From assembly GCA_965249275.1 (NCBI GenBank), contig CBDFLQ010000006.1, positions 736,001-800,000 on the forward strand: a stretch of 64,000 nt of DNA, given 5' to 3'. Positions within the stretch are counted from its first letter, which is position 1, and each line of letters starts with the position of its first letter. The notes under the pieces were generated by a model. The model did no database searches, was not told the origin of the DNA, and saw only the letters and a program-made list of their open reading frames with translations. Both the position numbers and the translations under genes were made by a program. Shown piece after piece: positions 48,164-57,797 of the stretch. Source of the stretch: Dehalococcoidia bacterium. GTDB taxonomy: Bacteria > Chloroflexota > Dehalococcoidia > Plut-88900.

Positions 48164-49081
48164 TCAACGGGCAGCAGTTACGGCACGAGCGCGGTTGATG
48201 GACTGTTCGACGATATCAAACCCGGCCAGCTCTGAGAAGGCTGCCATGAGTTGCTGGGTGACAGGGCCCGGAACCTCTTCGCCGACGGTTCGGGTGTCTA
48301 CTCTTCCCACAGGTACGACGCAGTAGGGTGTTGTGGCAAGGAAGGCTTCGTCGGCGGTGTAGGCGTCGTAGGGCTGGATTTCCTCTTCGATGAATGGGAT
48401 GCCCAACCGCTCCGCCAACTCACCGATGACCTTTCGGGTGACGCCCTGGAGTATGGCCGAGTCCCCGGCAGTCCTTATCTTGCCGTCGGTGACGATGAAG
48501 AAGTTGGAGCCTATGCTTTCGGTGAGGTTGCCGCGAGCATCGGTGAGGACGGGGAAGGCCTCAGGATCGATGTCCGTGGCCTCCAATTCAGCAAGTACGA
48601 AGTTGAGCCGGCTGTAGTGCTTGATCTTCGGGTCCAGGGCGTCGGAGGGATAGCTCCTGATCTTGGGTATGACCACATGGGCGCCGTCACTGTAGAGGGG
48701 CGCCATTCGGGCGTGATCCAGCGGATCTATCCATATGGCGATGTTGGGCTTCAGAGCCAAGGCGGAGCGACCGCCTTCGCCGCGGGTCACGAACTGGGTG
48801 ACCATGTAGTCGTCCCCCCGCTCCCGGATTGACTCGTTGCGCTGGACAACGTCTAGGGTGATGTCGGTCATCTCCTCCTTGGTCATGCCGGGGTCGATAC
48901 GCACGTAGGTGAGGGAGCGGTAGAGGCGGTCGATGTGGTCTTCGAGGCGGAATACCTTGCCGTTGAAGGTACGTGAGGTATCGAAGACCACATCCCCGAG
49001 CCTCATACCCCTATCGTTAAGGCCGAGCTTGGCCTCGCTTCTGGGCATGAACTCGCCGTTTAGCCAGACTTGGTATTCCAT
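48164..49081 (-). CDS. Class IV PLP aminotransferase (IlvE/DAAT-like)
   Basis: WLNGE, DRG..LGD.VF, IKHYSR, ESIGSNFF, ILQGVTR, ADEAFL. Confidence 0.9.
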   Translation of the reverse strand: MEYQVWLNGEFMPRSEAKLGLNDRGMRLGDVVFDTSRTFNGKVFRLEDHIDRLYRSLTYVRIDPGMTKEEMTDITLDVVQRNESIRERGDDYMVTQFVTRGEGGRSALALKPNIAIWIDPLDHARMAPLYSDGAHVVIPKIRSYPSDALDPKIKHYSRLNFVLAELEATDIDPEAFPVLTDARGNLTESIGSNFFIVTDGKIRTAGDSAILQGVTRKVIGELAERLGIPFIEEEIQPYDAYTADEAFLATTPYCVVPVGRVDTRTVGEEVPGPVTQQLMAAFSELAGFDIVEQSINRARAVTAAR

Positions 49082-49347
49082 GATTTCCTCCTCTTAATTC
49101 CGAGTCCTGAACAACTATTTTGTAGTCTTTGGGACATCACCCTCACTCTCTTCAGCGAGTCTCCGACCCTAGCCCTGTCCCGTCAAGAGACCTTTGTGTA
49201 GCCGCAGGGCAAGCTATTCTTTGCTATTCTAATCGCCATTCCCCTCCCACCGCTCATACTTCGACGGGGCTCAGCACGAGCGGCCCCGGCCCCTCCGATA
49301 TGGGTTATGCAAAGGTCACGTCAAGGGAGAGGGGACGGAACTGTCCT

Positions 49348-50312
49348 TTAGAAAACATCGATTTCCTGGCCGAGGTTTTGTTCGCGGGCCAATTCGTAGA
49401 TTCTCATGGCAGTTGCAACGTCCTGGAGGCGAGGCCCTGGGACTCGAAGAGGGTGATCTGGGCCTCGGAGGTGCGGCCAGGGGCCCGGCCCGACACCACG
49501 TCGCCGAGTTCCGTCATGGTATCCCAATTTACTACGCCGCGCTCGGCGGCGACGAGGAGGTCCCCGCATTCGAGTTGGGCCTGCACACGGGAGTCGACGG
49601 TGATGATGTCGCTCTTGCGGATGGCGTCGTTGTCGAGCTCCTTGCGGACAAGGGAGTTGCTGCCTGCGGCGTTAATATGGGCACCTTCGGCGATCCATTC
49701 ACCCTTGACCACCGGGTCCCGAGCGTTGGTTATGGTGACAACAACGTCTGCGGCAGTGATTGCGTCCTCGGGGGTGGAGGCGGGAGATACATCGATGCCG
49801 AGCTTTTTGGACATGCTGTCGCAGAACTCGGCGAGGGGCTCGGGGCGGCGGCTGTAGACCTTGGCGGTCTCAATATTTCGAACCGCGCATACAGCCTCAA
49901 GCTGTGTTACAGCCTGGCCCCCGGAGCCGATCATACCCACCACATTGGCATTTTCTTTGGCAAGGTACTTGGTGGCTACACCGGAAGCCGCTCCCGTGCG
50001 CATTCTGCCAAGGTTGTCGGCCTGGACGATGGCGAGAAGGTCACCGGTCTCGGCGCTGAAGAGGAGGACCATGAATCGGGTGCCGGAGCGGAAGGATGTG
50101 TATACCTTCAGGCCCATCGCCTCTCGGTAGTAGCAGACACCGGACATGAGCTGCATATTGCCCTTGCCGGGGATGTGGAAGCGTCGCCGGGGGCGGTTTA
50201 TCGAAGTGCCCTCACCCTGACTTCGGAACGCTCCTTCGACCGCGTCAAGGGTCTCCTCCATTGTCAGGAGTTGCATTACCTCTTCTTCGCGGATGATTAG
50301 GGTCACGCTCAA
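49348..50312 (-). pseudogene. Ornithine cyclodeaminase/mu-crystallin family protein with a frameshift near 49427
   Basis: RTGAASGVA, IGSGGQA, HINAAGS, FESQGLA; the expected QDVATA...LGQEI tail is in another frame. Confidence 0.8.
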
Positions 50313-51163
50313 AACTCCTTGGCGGGGCCCCTGGGCGCCAGGCCCTTGAGATATTGCACGCTTCTGCCTATGACCTCGGCGTCTTCGGCATCGGGGCGGA
50401 AGTTGAGGTAAGTCTCCAGGTCTACGAGGGCCGTGGAGTAGTCCTTGAGCTGGAGACGCACTTTGCCCCGGTCTCGGACCTCATCGAGGTCCCAGGGCGA
50501 TACATCGATCATCATTTCTATGACCGTCAAGGCCTTTTCGTAGTCGCGTCGGGAGGCGTGGATGCCCTTGAGGTTGTTCAGCATCCGGGTGACTAACTGG
50601 GCCTCGGTACAGGCGGCCAAGTGATGCTCCCGGAAGGGCATGAATCCGCCGCCCGTGAGGCGGAGCCTCTGGGCAAGGTGCTCCGTGTCGAGTATCAGGC
50701 CCTTATAGAAGGGATCGACGTAGATTGGACCGTCCTCACTTTCGTGCTTGACGATGAAGTGGCCCGGAAACCCGACCCCCTTGATCTCGATCCCCGCGTA
50801 CCTGGCCACCTCGATGTATACGACCGACAGGGTAATGGGAATGCCGATCCTCCGGTCCATCACCTCGTTGAGGTAGCTGTTGCGGGGGTCGTAGTACTCT
50901 TCCTCGTTGCCCCGGAAGTCTTCCTCTTCGAAGAGGACGCGGTTGAGGGCTTCGATGGCGGCCTTTGGTGAAGCATCCGTGGAGCGGGACCGCACCCTCC
51001 GGCCGAGGCGCTCCAGAATATGCACATAGTAGGGGATGTCCAGATCAGGGTATTCGCCCTGGGCGATAAGAAGGGCAGCACGGGACAGGTCGATATCCCG
51101 GTGGGGCGGGGCCATCAACTCTGCGAATGCGCTTTGGGAAGTGCCGGGGTGGGAGTCTTCCAT
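50309..51163 (-). CDS. SirB1/transglutaminase-like protein with C-terminal TPR
   Basis: FRGNEEEYYDPRNSYL, GIPITLS, FPGHF, RMLNNLK, RDRG; ATG 51163 preferred over the ORF-track start 51715. Confidence 0.88.
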   Translation of the reverse strand: MEDSHPGTSQSAFAELMAPPHRDIDLSRAALLIAQGEYPDLDIPYYVHILERLGRRVRSRSTDASPKAAIEALNRVLFEEEDFRGNEEEYYDPRNSYLNEVMDRRIGIPITLSVVYIEVARYAGIEIKGVGFPGHFIVKHESEDGPIYVDPFYKGLILDTEHLAQRLRLTGGGFMPFREHHLAACTEAQLVTRMLNNLKGIHASRRDYEKALTVIEMMIDVSPWDLDEVRDRGKVRLQLKDYSTALVDLETYLNFRPDAEDAEVIGRSVQYLKGLAPRGPAKEF

Positions 51164-51290
51164 CAGGGCCTCGGGGGTGGGGGACTGGGTCACGGGAAGT
51201 GTATCATGCAAGCGGGGGGGCATGTCTGCCAGCGTCCAGGGACATTGAGTTGTAGTGAGGGTTTGTGGGTTTATGTCTGTTTTGGAGGGG

Positions 51291-51667
51291 CAGGCGATGG
51301 AAGGTCCGGGACTAGAAACCAGGCCGTGGGTTGCTGCCGAGCCGTCGGCACCGGGCTGGATTATCCCCACATGTTGTCGGCTGCGGTCAGGGTTGTGTGG
51401 GGCAGATCCCTCCGGCAGCGGCACTTGACCGGACCGCTGACGGGGAACATAACCGGCGTCCCGGTGCATCGGTCGTAGAGACTGATAGCGGGGACGGCGG
51501 GACAAACAAGGACACGAGGGCCTTGCTAGACCGGGGGTCGGTTGACCTGCCCGGTAAATCGGCTCGCAATGGGCCGGAGTAAACGCATCCGGTAATGGGA
51601 AGCGTTGAATCGGCAGGGGCCCTGGACGGGGCATGCCGAGCATAGTCTGTGGACCTTCCATCGCCTG
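51291..51667 (+). ncRNA. Candidate large structured ncRNA (~377 nt), family not recognised
   Basis: 17-bp perfect terminal stem plus about 11 nested helices, G-U pairs and GNRA-like loops favouring the + strand, and a loop-loop complementarity. Confidence 0.6.
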
Positions 51668-52142
51668 GGTGGGGGGGAGGGAATAGCCAGGGCCTTGGGC
51701 AAGAGGAGATGGCATCGTTTGCTTGAGCCGGGCACTGCTGACGCAGAGCCACAGGATGGGCTTAGACGTTGAGTCCTCGTGGGCCGGGGCTGGGGTTCCC
51801 CCTGGGTTGTGGTTCCTCCTTGGGTTTAGGTGAGTGACGAGCTAGTCGAGGGTGAATATAGTACATGTGTTTTGCTTTAGTCAAGGGGTTCGTGTCACAT
51901 TTGGCCAAGTGGGATCACCCTCACCCTAGCCCTCTTCCATCAGAGGGAGAGGGGACAGGACGCCCCGCCCTCTCCGCCTCCGAGGATGGATTCTGGCTCT
52001 CGGGGGCGGGGAGGGGGAAGGGGAAGGAAGGTGTTGGGCAGGAATACCGAATAGAACATTCAGTTGTTATGTATTCCCCATTCAGATTATTCTTCTAGGC
52101 GCAACAGTGGTAGGTTCAAGGCAATTGAGAGAGATAGTAGCC

Positions 52143-53312
52143 ATGAACAAAATCGATGATATTGAAACGTTGAAATCTTTCATAGATGACAACGAAGACC
52201 TAGAACAATTGGAATCAATTCTCGACCGATTCAACATATTTGAGTCCCTGGGACTTGTCCGCCAAGAGATACGCCATTCCGCTTTCCTTCGCTGGCTCCT
52301 TGATCCAGCTGAGACTCACGGCCTTGGGGATTATTGGCTGCGACGGTTCCTCAAGATGGTCATCAAGGGAGGCGAAGAAAAGCCAGGAAATAGGCTATCG
52401 CTCTTCGATCTAGATGGCTGGGACCTTTCTCAAGCTGAAGTCCGCAAGGAGTGGAACTACATCGACCTGTTGATCGTAGATAACCGCAATATGTTTGTTT
52501 GTGTCATTGAGAACAAGGTCGACTCAAGTGAACACAGTGACCAGTTGAACCGGTATAAGGAGATTGTGGAAAGAGAATTCGAGGACCATAAGAAGGTCTA
52601 TGTATTATTGACAGTATCGGGGGCCGCTCCTTCAAATCCTTCTTATATTTCCGTTGCCTACAAGGACTTGGTATGGGCTATAGAAACTGCCCTAAGGAGA
52701 CGTGCGAGCCAGGTGAATGATGCGATCATGCTTTTTGTGCAACATTATGTTGACATGGTAAGGAGACGAATTGTGGAAGATTCGGAGATTCAGGAAATTT
52801 GCCGCAAACTTTACAAGAACCACGGCAGAGCTCTGGACTTGATATTCGAACATCGGAACGATCGTCAAGCCGAAGTAGGCAGAGTGATACGAGATTACAT
52901 ACTCTCCCTCGGTGATGAAGTTACTTCAATTGTTGATACTACGACCCTTATAAAATTCCTACCAAAACACATGGACCTGCCTCAAATTCAGCACGATGGA
53001 AAACCGATTTTGGCGTGGCAGCTGGTTAACAAAGGTAGGAAAGTTCAGTTCGACTTGCAATTACGTCGTGGGCCGGAGGAAATGCGACAGCGAATATACG
53101 AGGTGGCTCAGAAACACCCTGACATTTTTGGCAGAACTCAGGAACCACTATCCAAGGATTTTCCTATTTTCTTCTCAGAAACTTGGATAGCAAGGGACGA
53201 ATATTACGCGCTCGACGACGAGAAGATAAAACAGAAAATATGCAAAGGCATCGATAATTTGTTGGAAGTCAAGGGCGAGGGGATGACAAATGCGCTAAAG
53301 AAATTGCTGTGA
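52143..53312 (+). CDS. PD-(D/E)XK nuclease family protein (lower GC, likely acquired)
   Basis: FNIFE..QEIRHSAFLRWLLDP..HGLG, IDLLI..VIENKVDS.E..QL..Y. Confidence 0.82.
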   Translation: MNKIDDIETLKSFIDDNEDLEQLESILDRFNIFESLGLVRQEIRHSAFLRWLLDPAETHGLGDYWLRRFLKMVIKGGEEKPGNRLSLFDLDGWDLSQAEVRKEWNYIDLLIVDNRNMFVCVIENKVDSSEHSDQLNRYKEIVEREFEDHKKVYVLLTVSGAAPSNPSYISVAYKDLVWAIETALRRRASQVNDAIMLFVQHYVDMVRRRIVEDSEIQEICRKLYKNHGRALDLIFEHRNDRQAEVGRVIRDYILSLGDEVTSIVDTTTLIKFLPKHMDLPQIQHDGKPILAWQLVNKGRKVQFDLQLRRGPEEMRQRIYEVAQKHPDIFGRTQEPLSKDFPIFFSETWIARDEYYALDDEKIKQKICKGIDNLLEVKGEGMTNALKKLL

Positions 53313-53752
53313 GGTTAGCTTGATTGCCAGCGACAAGAGCGGCACCTCCCGGGGATGGATTCACGCCTAGGCGCATCTTCGACATCTTCGACCGGCTCGG
53401 GGGGTGGAATGATCCGCCTAAGGTGGACAGGCTCCCCTGGGGTGGGTGGGGAGTCGGGCGGTTCGCGGAGTGTGTTTCATAAGTCCGTTAAACAAGCCTA
53501 ATTGGCTATTCTTAACCATTGTGATGGGTACTGTAGGCACGGACATAAGTCGCAAAAAGTGAAAAGTGGGCCATGGAGTGACTTTTGAAACAGGCTCCGC
53601 GAACCGCCCCTACGGGGTAGGTGGGGGATGGGGAGGACAGGCACGAGAGCTGCTCATACGGGGAGATGAGGCGCTGTTTCTAATGGCGGGTGATTGGGGG
53701 GGTGTGATAATATGCGGAGGCTTTTCAATTGATTTCTCGGGGGTTGTCCGAT

Positions 53753-54796
53753 ATGCCACAGGGCCAAATGGCTTCTCAAACTTTCCAAGTCCCGGATACC
53801 GTTGAGGCTATCGAGTTCTATTTCGAGCAGGGGTTGACCGACGGCCTGCCCGTCGTGCCTCCTACGCCCGATATGGTGACGCGATTCCTGGACGCAATCG
53901 GCAAGGCCCCGGGGGACGTGCTCGGCACGATACCGACCCGTAAGCGGGAGATCACCGCCGGAAAGGTGGCCATCAACGCCATCATGGCAGGCTGCAAACC
54001 CGAGTACATGCCCGTCGTCGCAACCGCTATCTCGGCCATGTGCGAAGAGAAGTTCAACCTTCACGGGACCTCGGCGAGCACGGCGGGGACGGGCCACATG
54101 GTCCTGGTACATGGGCCAATCGTGAAGGAACTGGACATCAACTACGCCAATAACCTGTTCGGACCTACCAAGAGGTCGAATGCGACTATCGGGCGGGCTA
54201 TCCGGCTCATCATCATGAACGTATGTGGGTCGGTGCCAGGGATACTGGACAAGTCGACGTTCGGGCATCCCGGCAAGTACAGCTACTGCTTCGCCGAGAA
54301 CGAGGAGCTTAGCCCCTGGGCTCCGCTTCACGTGGAACGGGGGCTGGCGCTGGAGTCGAGCGCGGTAACGGTCTACGCGGGGAACGCGCCCATCCAAGGC
54401 AGCGACCACGGCAGCCACACCGCCGAAGGAATTATGAACTCGCTGGCCGGGGGCATCCTGGCCAACGGAATGCCCAACGGCGGAGAGCTGATGGTAGTAA
54501 TCAGCCCCGAGGTGCTGCTACACATCCGGGAGGAGGGGCTGTCCAAGGATGACGTCAAGAACTACCTGTTCGAGGCGACGAAGCGACCCCGCTCTTTCTG
54601 GAGCAGCATGGACCGGGGCTGGGACCCCGAGGGCGGTACTCACGATGGCAACGAAATGGCCGCAGCCGTTCAAAGCCCCGACGACCTGATGGTGATAGTT
54701 GCGGGTGGCACGGCGGGAGGGTTCTTCTGCACGATCCTGCCCTGGGGCGGGGGCACGGCCACTAAGTCGGTAACCAAGCAAATACCCGGTATGTAG
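53753..54796 (+). CDS. Uncharacterised ~350-aa 'TDGLPVVPPT' protein, paralog 1 (UGSC-associated)
   Basis: TDGLPVVPPT, NAIMAGCKPEY, NATIGRAIRL, FGHPGKY, ENEE.SPW.PLH. Confidence 0.85.
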   Translation: MPQGQMASQTFQVPDTVEAIEFYFEQGLTDGLPVVPPTPDMVTRFLDAIGKAPGDVLGTIPTRKREITAGKVAINAIMAGCKPEYMPVVATAISAMCEEKFNLHGTSASTAGTGHMVLVHGPIVKELDINYANNLFGPTKRSNATIGRAIRLIIMNVCGSVPGILDKSTFGHPGKYSYCFAENEELSPWAPLHVERGLALESSAVTVYAGNAPIQGSDHGSHTAEGIMNSLAGGILANGMPNGGELMVVISPEVLLHIREEGLSKDDVKNYLFEATKRPRSFWSSMDRGWDPEGGTHDGNEMAAAVQSPDDLMVIVAGGTAGGFFCTILPWGGGTATKSVTKQIPGM

Positions 54797-54825
54797 AGTC
54801 CCAACACACGGGAAAGGAGCGCGCC

Positions 54826-55374
54826 ATGACAACCGAGACCAAGAACGGGGGCATCACAGTGATGGACCCCAGGGCCCAGTCCCTCCACGCCGAGGCGGAG
54901 ATGGCCCCGAGGCCCGGCAAGCTTGAAGGAAAGGTCCTCGGGCTGCTATCCAACAGCAAGCATAACGCAACCGAGCTTCTGGAAATGGTCGGAGACCTGC
55001 TGGGTGAGCAGTTCGAGTTGAAGAACGTGAAGGCTTCCAGTAAGGCTGACGCGTCTCGACCGGCGCCGGTTAACACGGTGGCCGAGCTGGCAAAGGAGAG
55101 CGATTTCGCCGTAGTAGCGATCGGGGACTGAGGCTCCTGCTCTCAGTGCAGTTTGCACGACGGAATTGAGCTCGAAAAGCTGGGCGTACCCTCTGCGGTG
55201 CTCATCACGGACGAGTTTGTCAACCAAGCTAAGGCCATCGCCGAGATACAGGGCATCCCCGATTATCCATTCGTCATAATTCACCACCCGATCGGACGGC
55301 TGACGCCTACGGACCTGAAAGCTCGGGCGCAGGCGGCCCTTCCCCAGATTCTGAAGATTCTGGAAGTCGAATAG
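54826..55374 (+). CDS. UGSC-family selenoprotein 1 (UGA at 55129-55131)
   Basis: Joins ORFs 54826..55131 and 55153..55374 in frame: AIGDUGSCSQCSLHDGIELEKLGVP; hairpin GTGCA-GTT-TGCAC after the UGA. Confidence 0.92.
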
Positions 55375-55390
55375 TCCGGTCGGGGCCCGC

Positions 55391-55894
55391 GTGATGGACT
55401 CGGCGGACTGCGAGGTTGTGCGGCGTCTGGTCGAAGAGGTCGCTAATCGCGGCCGAATGACTCTCGTCGACGATCTGGTCGCCGCCGATTTCCAAGAGCA
55501 TGTGGGCCCTCCAGGCCTCCCCTCCGACCGAGAGGTGCTGAAGCAGGCCCTCGCCTCCCGACGTCTGTTCGGGAGCGGATCGGACTACGCAATATCGGAG
55601 TTGCGGGCCCGGGAAGGCCTTGTAGCCTTGACTCTAGAGGAGCGCAACGGCAAATCCCGCTCCGATCAACTGAGACCTTCGGACAGCTGTGTCTCAAGCC
55701 CCACCATCCCTCGGAATCACCCTCACCCTAGCCCTCTCCCATCAAGGGAGAGGGTACAAGAGGCCCACCCTTCCCCGCCAAATATTGGCTTAAGCGAAGG
55801 CACCAAAGTGGAGAGACATACAATTCGCGTGGAGCAGGGCAAGATTGCCGAGCATTGGGGCGCCGCGCCCCTGTTCGCCACTCCCACTTTATGA
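55391..55894 (+). CDS. SnoaL/ester cyclase-like protein with an in-frame palindromic-repeat insertion
   Basis: VRRLVEEV.N.G....DDLVA.DF.EH and RVEQGKIAEHWG; HPHPSPLPSRER is the translated intergenic repeat. Confidence 0.6.
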   Translation: MMDSADCEVVRRLVEEVANRGRMTLVDDLVAADFQEHVGPPGLPSDREVLKQALASRRLFGSGSDYAISELRAREGLVALTLEERNGKSRSDQLRPSDSCVSSPTIPRNHPHPSPLPSRERVQEAHPSPPNIGLSEGTKVERHTIRVEQGKIAEHWGAAPLFATPTL

Positions 55895-56580
55895 CCACTT
55901 CGACAAAAAGCTGGAAGCTCAGCCCCTCGGACTTTGCTTTTCTATGGGAGGAGTGCAAGCGCTGCTTCTACCTTAAGGTCGCCCGAGGCTTCTACCGACC
56001 CCGGACTCCCTTCCCCGGTATCTTCAGCGTCATCGACCGGTTGATGAACGAATATTTCAACGGCAGGCCGAATGCGGAGATTTCGGACACGCTGCCACCG
56101 GGGGTGGTGAAGTACGGAGAGAGTTGGGTCGAGTCCAAGCCCCTGTCTGTTCCCGGCCACGCTTCCACGTGCTTTATCCGCGGGCGCTTTGACTCGGTGC
56201 TAGAGTTCGAAGACGGTTCCTATGCCGTAATCGACTTCAAGACCACGTCTACACAGAGCGGTCACCTGCCTCTCTACACACGGCAGCTCCACGCCTATGC
56301 GTATGCGCTGGAACGCGCTGCCCCCGGCAATCTGGCCCTCTCTCCCATCACCCGGCTGGGTCTCGTCTGCGTGGAACCCGACGCGCTTGTTAGGGACGCA
56401 CAAGGCCGGATATCCTATAGCGGCAATGTGGAGTGGAAAGAGATGCCCCGTGACGACACTGCATTCGACGCCTTTCTCGGCGAAGTCGTCACCTTGCTTG
56501 ACCTCCCCGAGCCTCCGCCCTCGGCCCGCAGGTGCGAATTCTGTCGATACCGTAAAGCTGCAAGAAACATGCCCTACTAG
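55891..56580 (+). CDS. PD-(D/E)XK nuclease (RecB/Cas4-like, 4 Cys)
   Basis: LSPS..ECKRCF, GRFD..VIDFKT, QLHAYA, CEFC. Confidence 0.8.
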   Translation: MTTSTKSWKLSPSDFAFLWEECKRCFYLKVARGFYRPRTPFPGIFSVIDRLMNEYFNGRPNAEISDTLPPGVVKYGESWVESKPLSVPGHASTCFIRGRFDSVLEFEDGSYAVIDFKTTSTQSGHLPLYTRQLHAYAYALERAAPGNLALSPITRLGLVCVEPDALVRDAQGRISYSGNVEWKEMPRDDTAFDAFLGEVVTLLDLPEPPPSARRCEFCRYRKAARNMPY

Positions 56581-56613
56581 CCTTTCATTTGTGATTCACA
56601 GGAGACGCCAAGC

Positions 56614-57648
56614 ATGAAGATGAATTTCACCGTCGGGATGGGGCGAAATATACCTGCCTACGACATCCCGGCCCATGCCAGGGCAGCCGAGGAGTGTGGT
56701 TTTTCCATGATGGGGTGGGTGGACCAACCGAACCTGTCCCGGGACATGTATTCCAGCCTGACCATCGCGGCGCTGAGCACTAAACGTATCGGGTTGATGT
56801 CCGCGGTCACGGACCCGATAACCTACCACCCGTCGGTCACTGCGACAGGGCATGCGACGTTGAATGAGGTGTCGGGGGGGAGGGCGATTCTGGGGCTGGG
56901 GGCGGGGGGGCGGTTCGGTAAATCGATGCGGCCCCGTTCGACAAAAGAGATAGAGAAAGCCATCAATTTTCTGCGTGGGTACATGGCCGGGGAGGAAGTC
57001 GAGTGGCAGGGCGCCAAGATGCACTCGGAGTGGTCCAAGGCCAAAATCCCCATCTACCTGGCAGTGGACGGGCCGAAGCTTTGCAAGCTAGCCGGCAAGA
57101 TCGCAGACGGCGCGATTTTCATAGGCGTACATCCTGAGATGGCAAAGTGGCGGGTGGAGCTGATACACCAGGGGGCAGAAGAGGCGGGTCGGGACCCGGC
57201 TGAGATCGATATCTGGGCCCGCAACATGGCCTACATCGCCGACACAAAGGAGGAGGCCCGCAAAGAGGTAACCTCCTACCCGACGATGTATATAAAGATG
57301 CACCAGTTTTTCAGCCGGGACGTACCTGAAATACACGACCTACGACGGCGGATGGAGCATCGGGAGCCTGGGATAGTCGAAGAGCTGATGAGTGATTCGG
57401 CGAACGCGGCCAAGGCATACAACGAGTATTTCCACGAGCACGTGGACGCTCCACACGCGAAGCTCGTGACTCAGAGGATGATCGACGCCTTCCATCTGAC
57501 AGGTCCGTCGGAGGAGATCAGGCAGCAGATCGAGGAATTGGGCAACATGGGCGTTACCACCATCTCCACCGTCCTCTTCACCATCTTCGACAAGATAGGC
57601 ATGATGCGTAAGTTCAGTGAAGAAATCATGCCTCATTTCCGGAATTAG
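56614..57648 (+). CDS. LLM-class flavin/F420-dependent oxidoreductase
   Basis: AEECGF, AVTDPITYHP, SGGRAILGLGAG, IPIYLAVDGPK, AGKIADG. Confidence 0.9.
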   Translation: MKMNFTVGMGRNIPAYDIPAHARAAEECGFSMMGWVDQPNLSRDMYSSLTIAALSTKRIGLMSAVTDPITYHPSVTATGHATLNEVSGGRAILGLGAGGRFGKSMRPRSTKEIEKAINFLRGYMAGEEVEWQGAKMHSEWSKAKIPIYLAVDGPKLCKLAGKIADGAIFIGVHPEMAKWRVELIHQGAEEAGRDPAEIDIWARNMAYIADTKEEARKEVTSYPTMYIKMHQFFSRDVPEIHDLRRRMEHREPGIVEELMSDSANAAKAYNEYFHEHVDAPHAKLVTQRMIDAFHLTGPSEEIRQQIEELGNMGVTTISTVLFTIFDKIGMMRKFSEEIMPHFRN

Positions 57649-57797
57649 GCTGTACTGAAGAGGCGGATGACACGCATGCATAACTGCCTTGGTGAGAACC
57701 GGATCACCCTCACTCGCCTCAGCGAGCCTACGGCCCTAACCCTCTCCCATCAAGGGAGAAGGGACAGGACAGCAGCCCCGGAGAAAGGGAGAGCATC

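Noticed and set aside
51291-51667. RNase P RNA or tmRNA (GGAAGGTCCGGG resembles GGAAAGTCCGGG)
   Set aside because: No 3' ACCCGGCTTA partner for P4, no tRNA-like TTCGA/CCA end, and the segment is locked in the terminal stem.
51164-51715. 184-aa N-terminal extension of the SirB1-like ORF
   Set aside because: Pro/Arg-rich with no recognisable domain; family homology begins after ATG 51163; an open frame by chance in GC-rich DNA is plausible.
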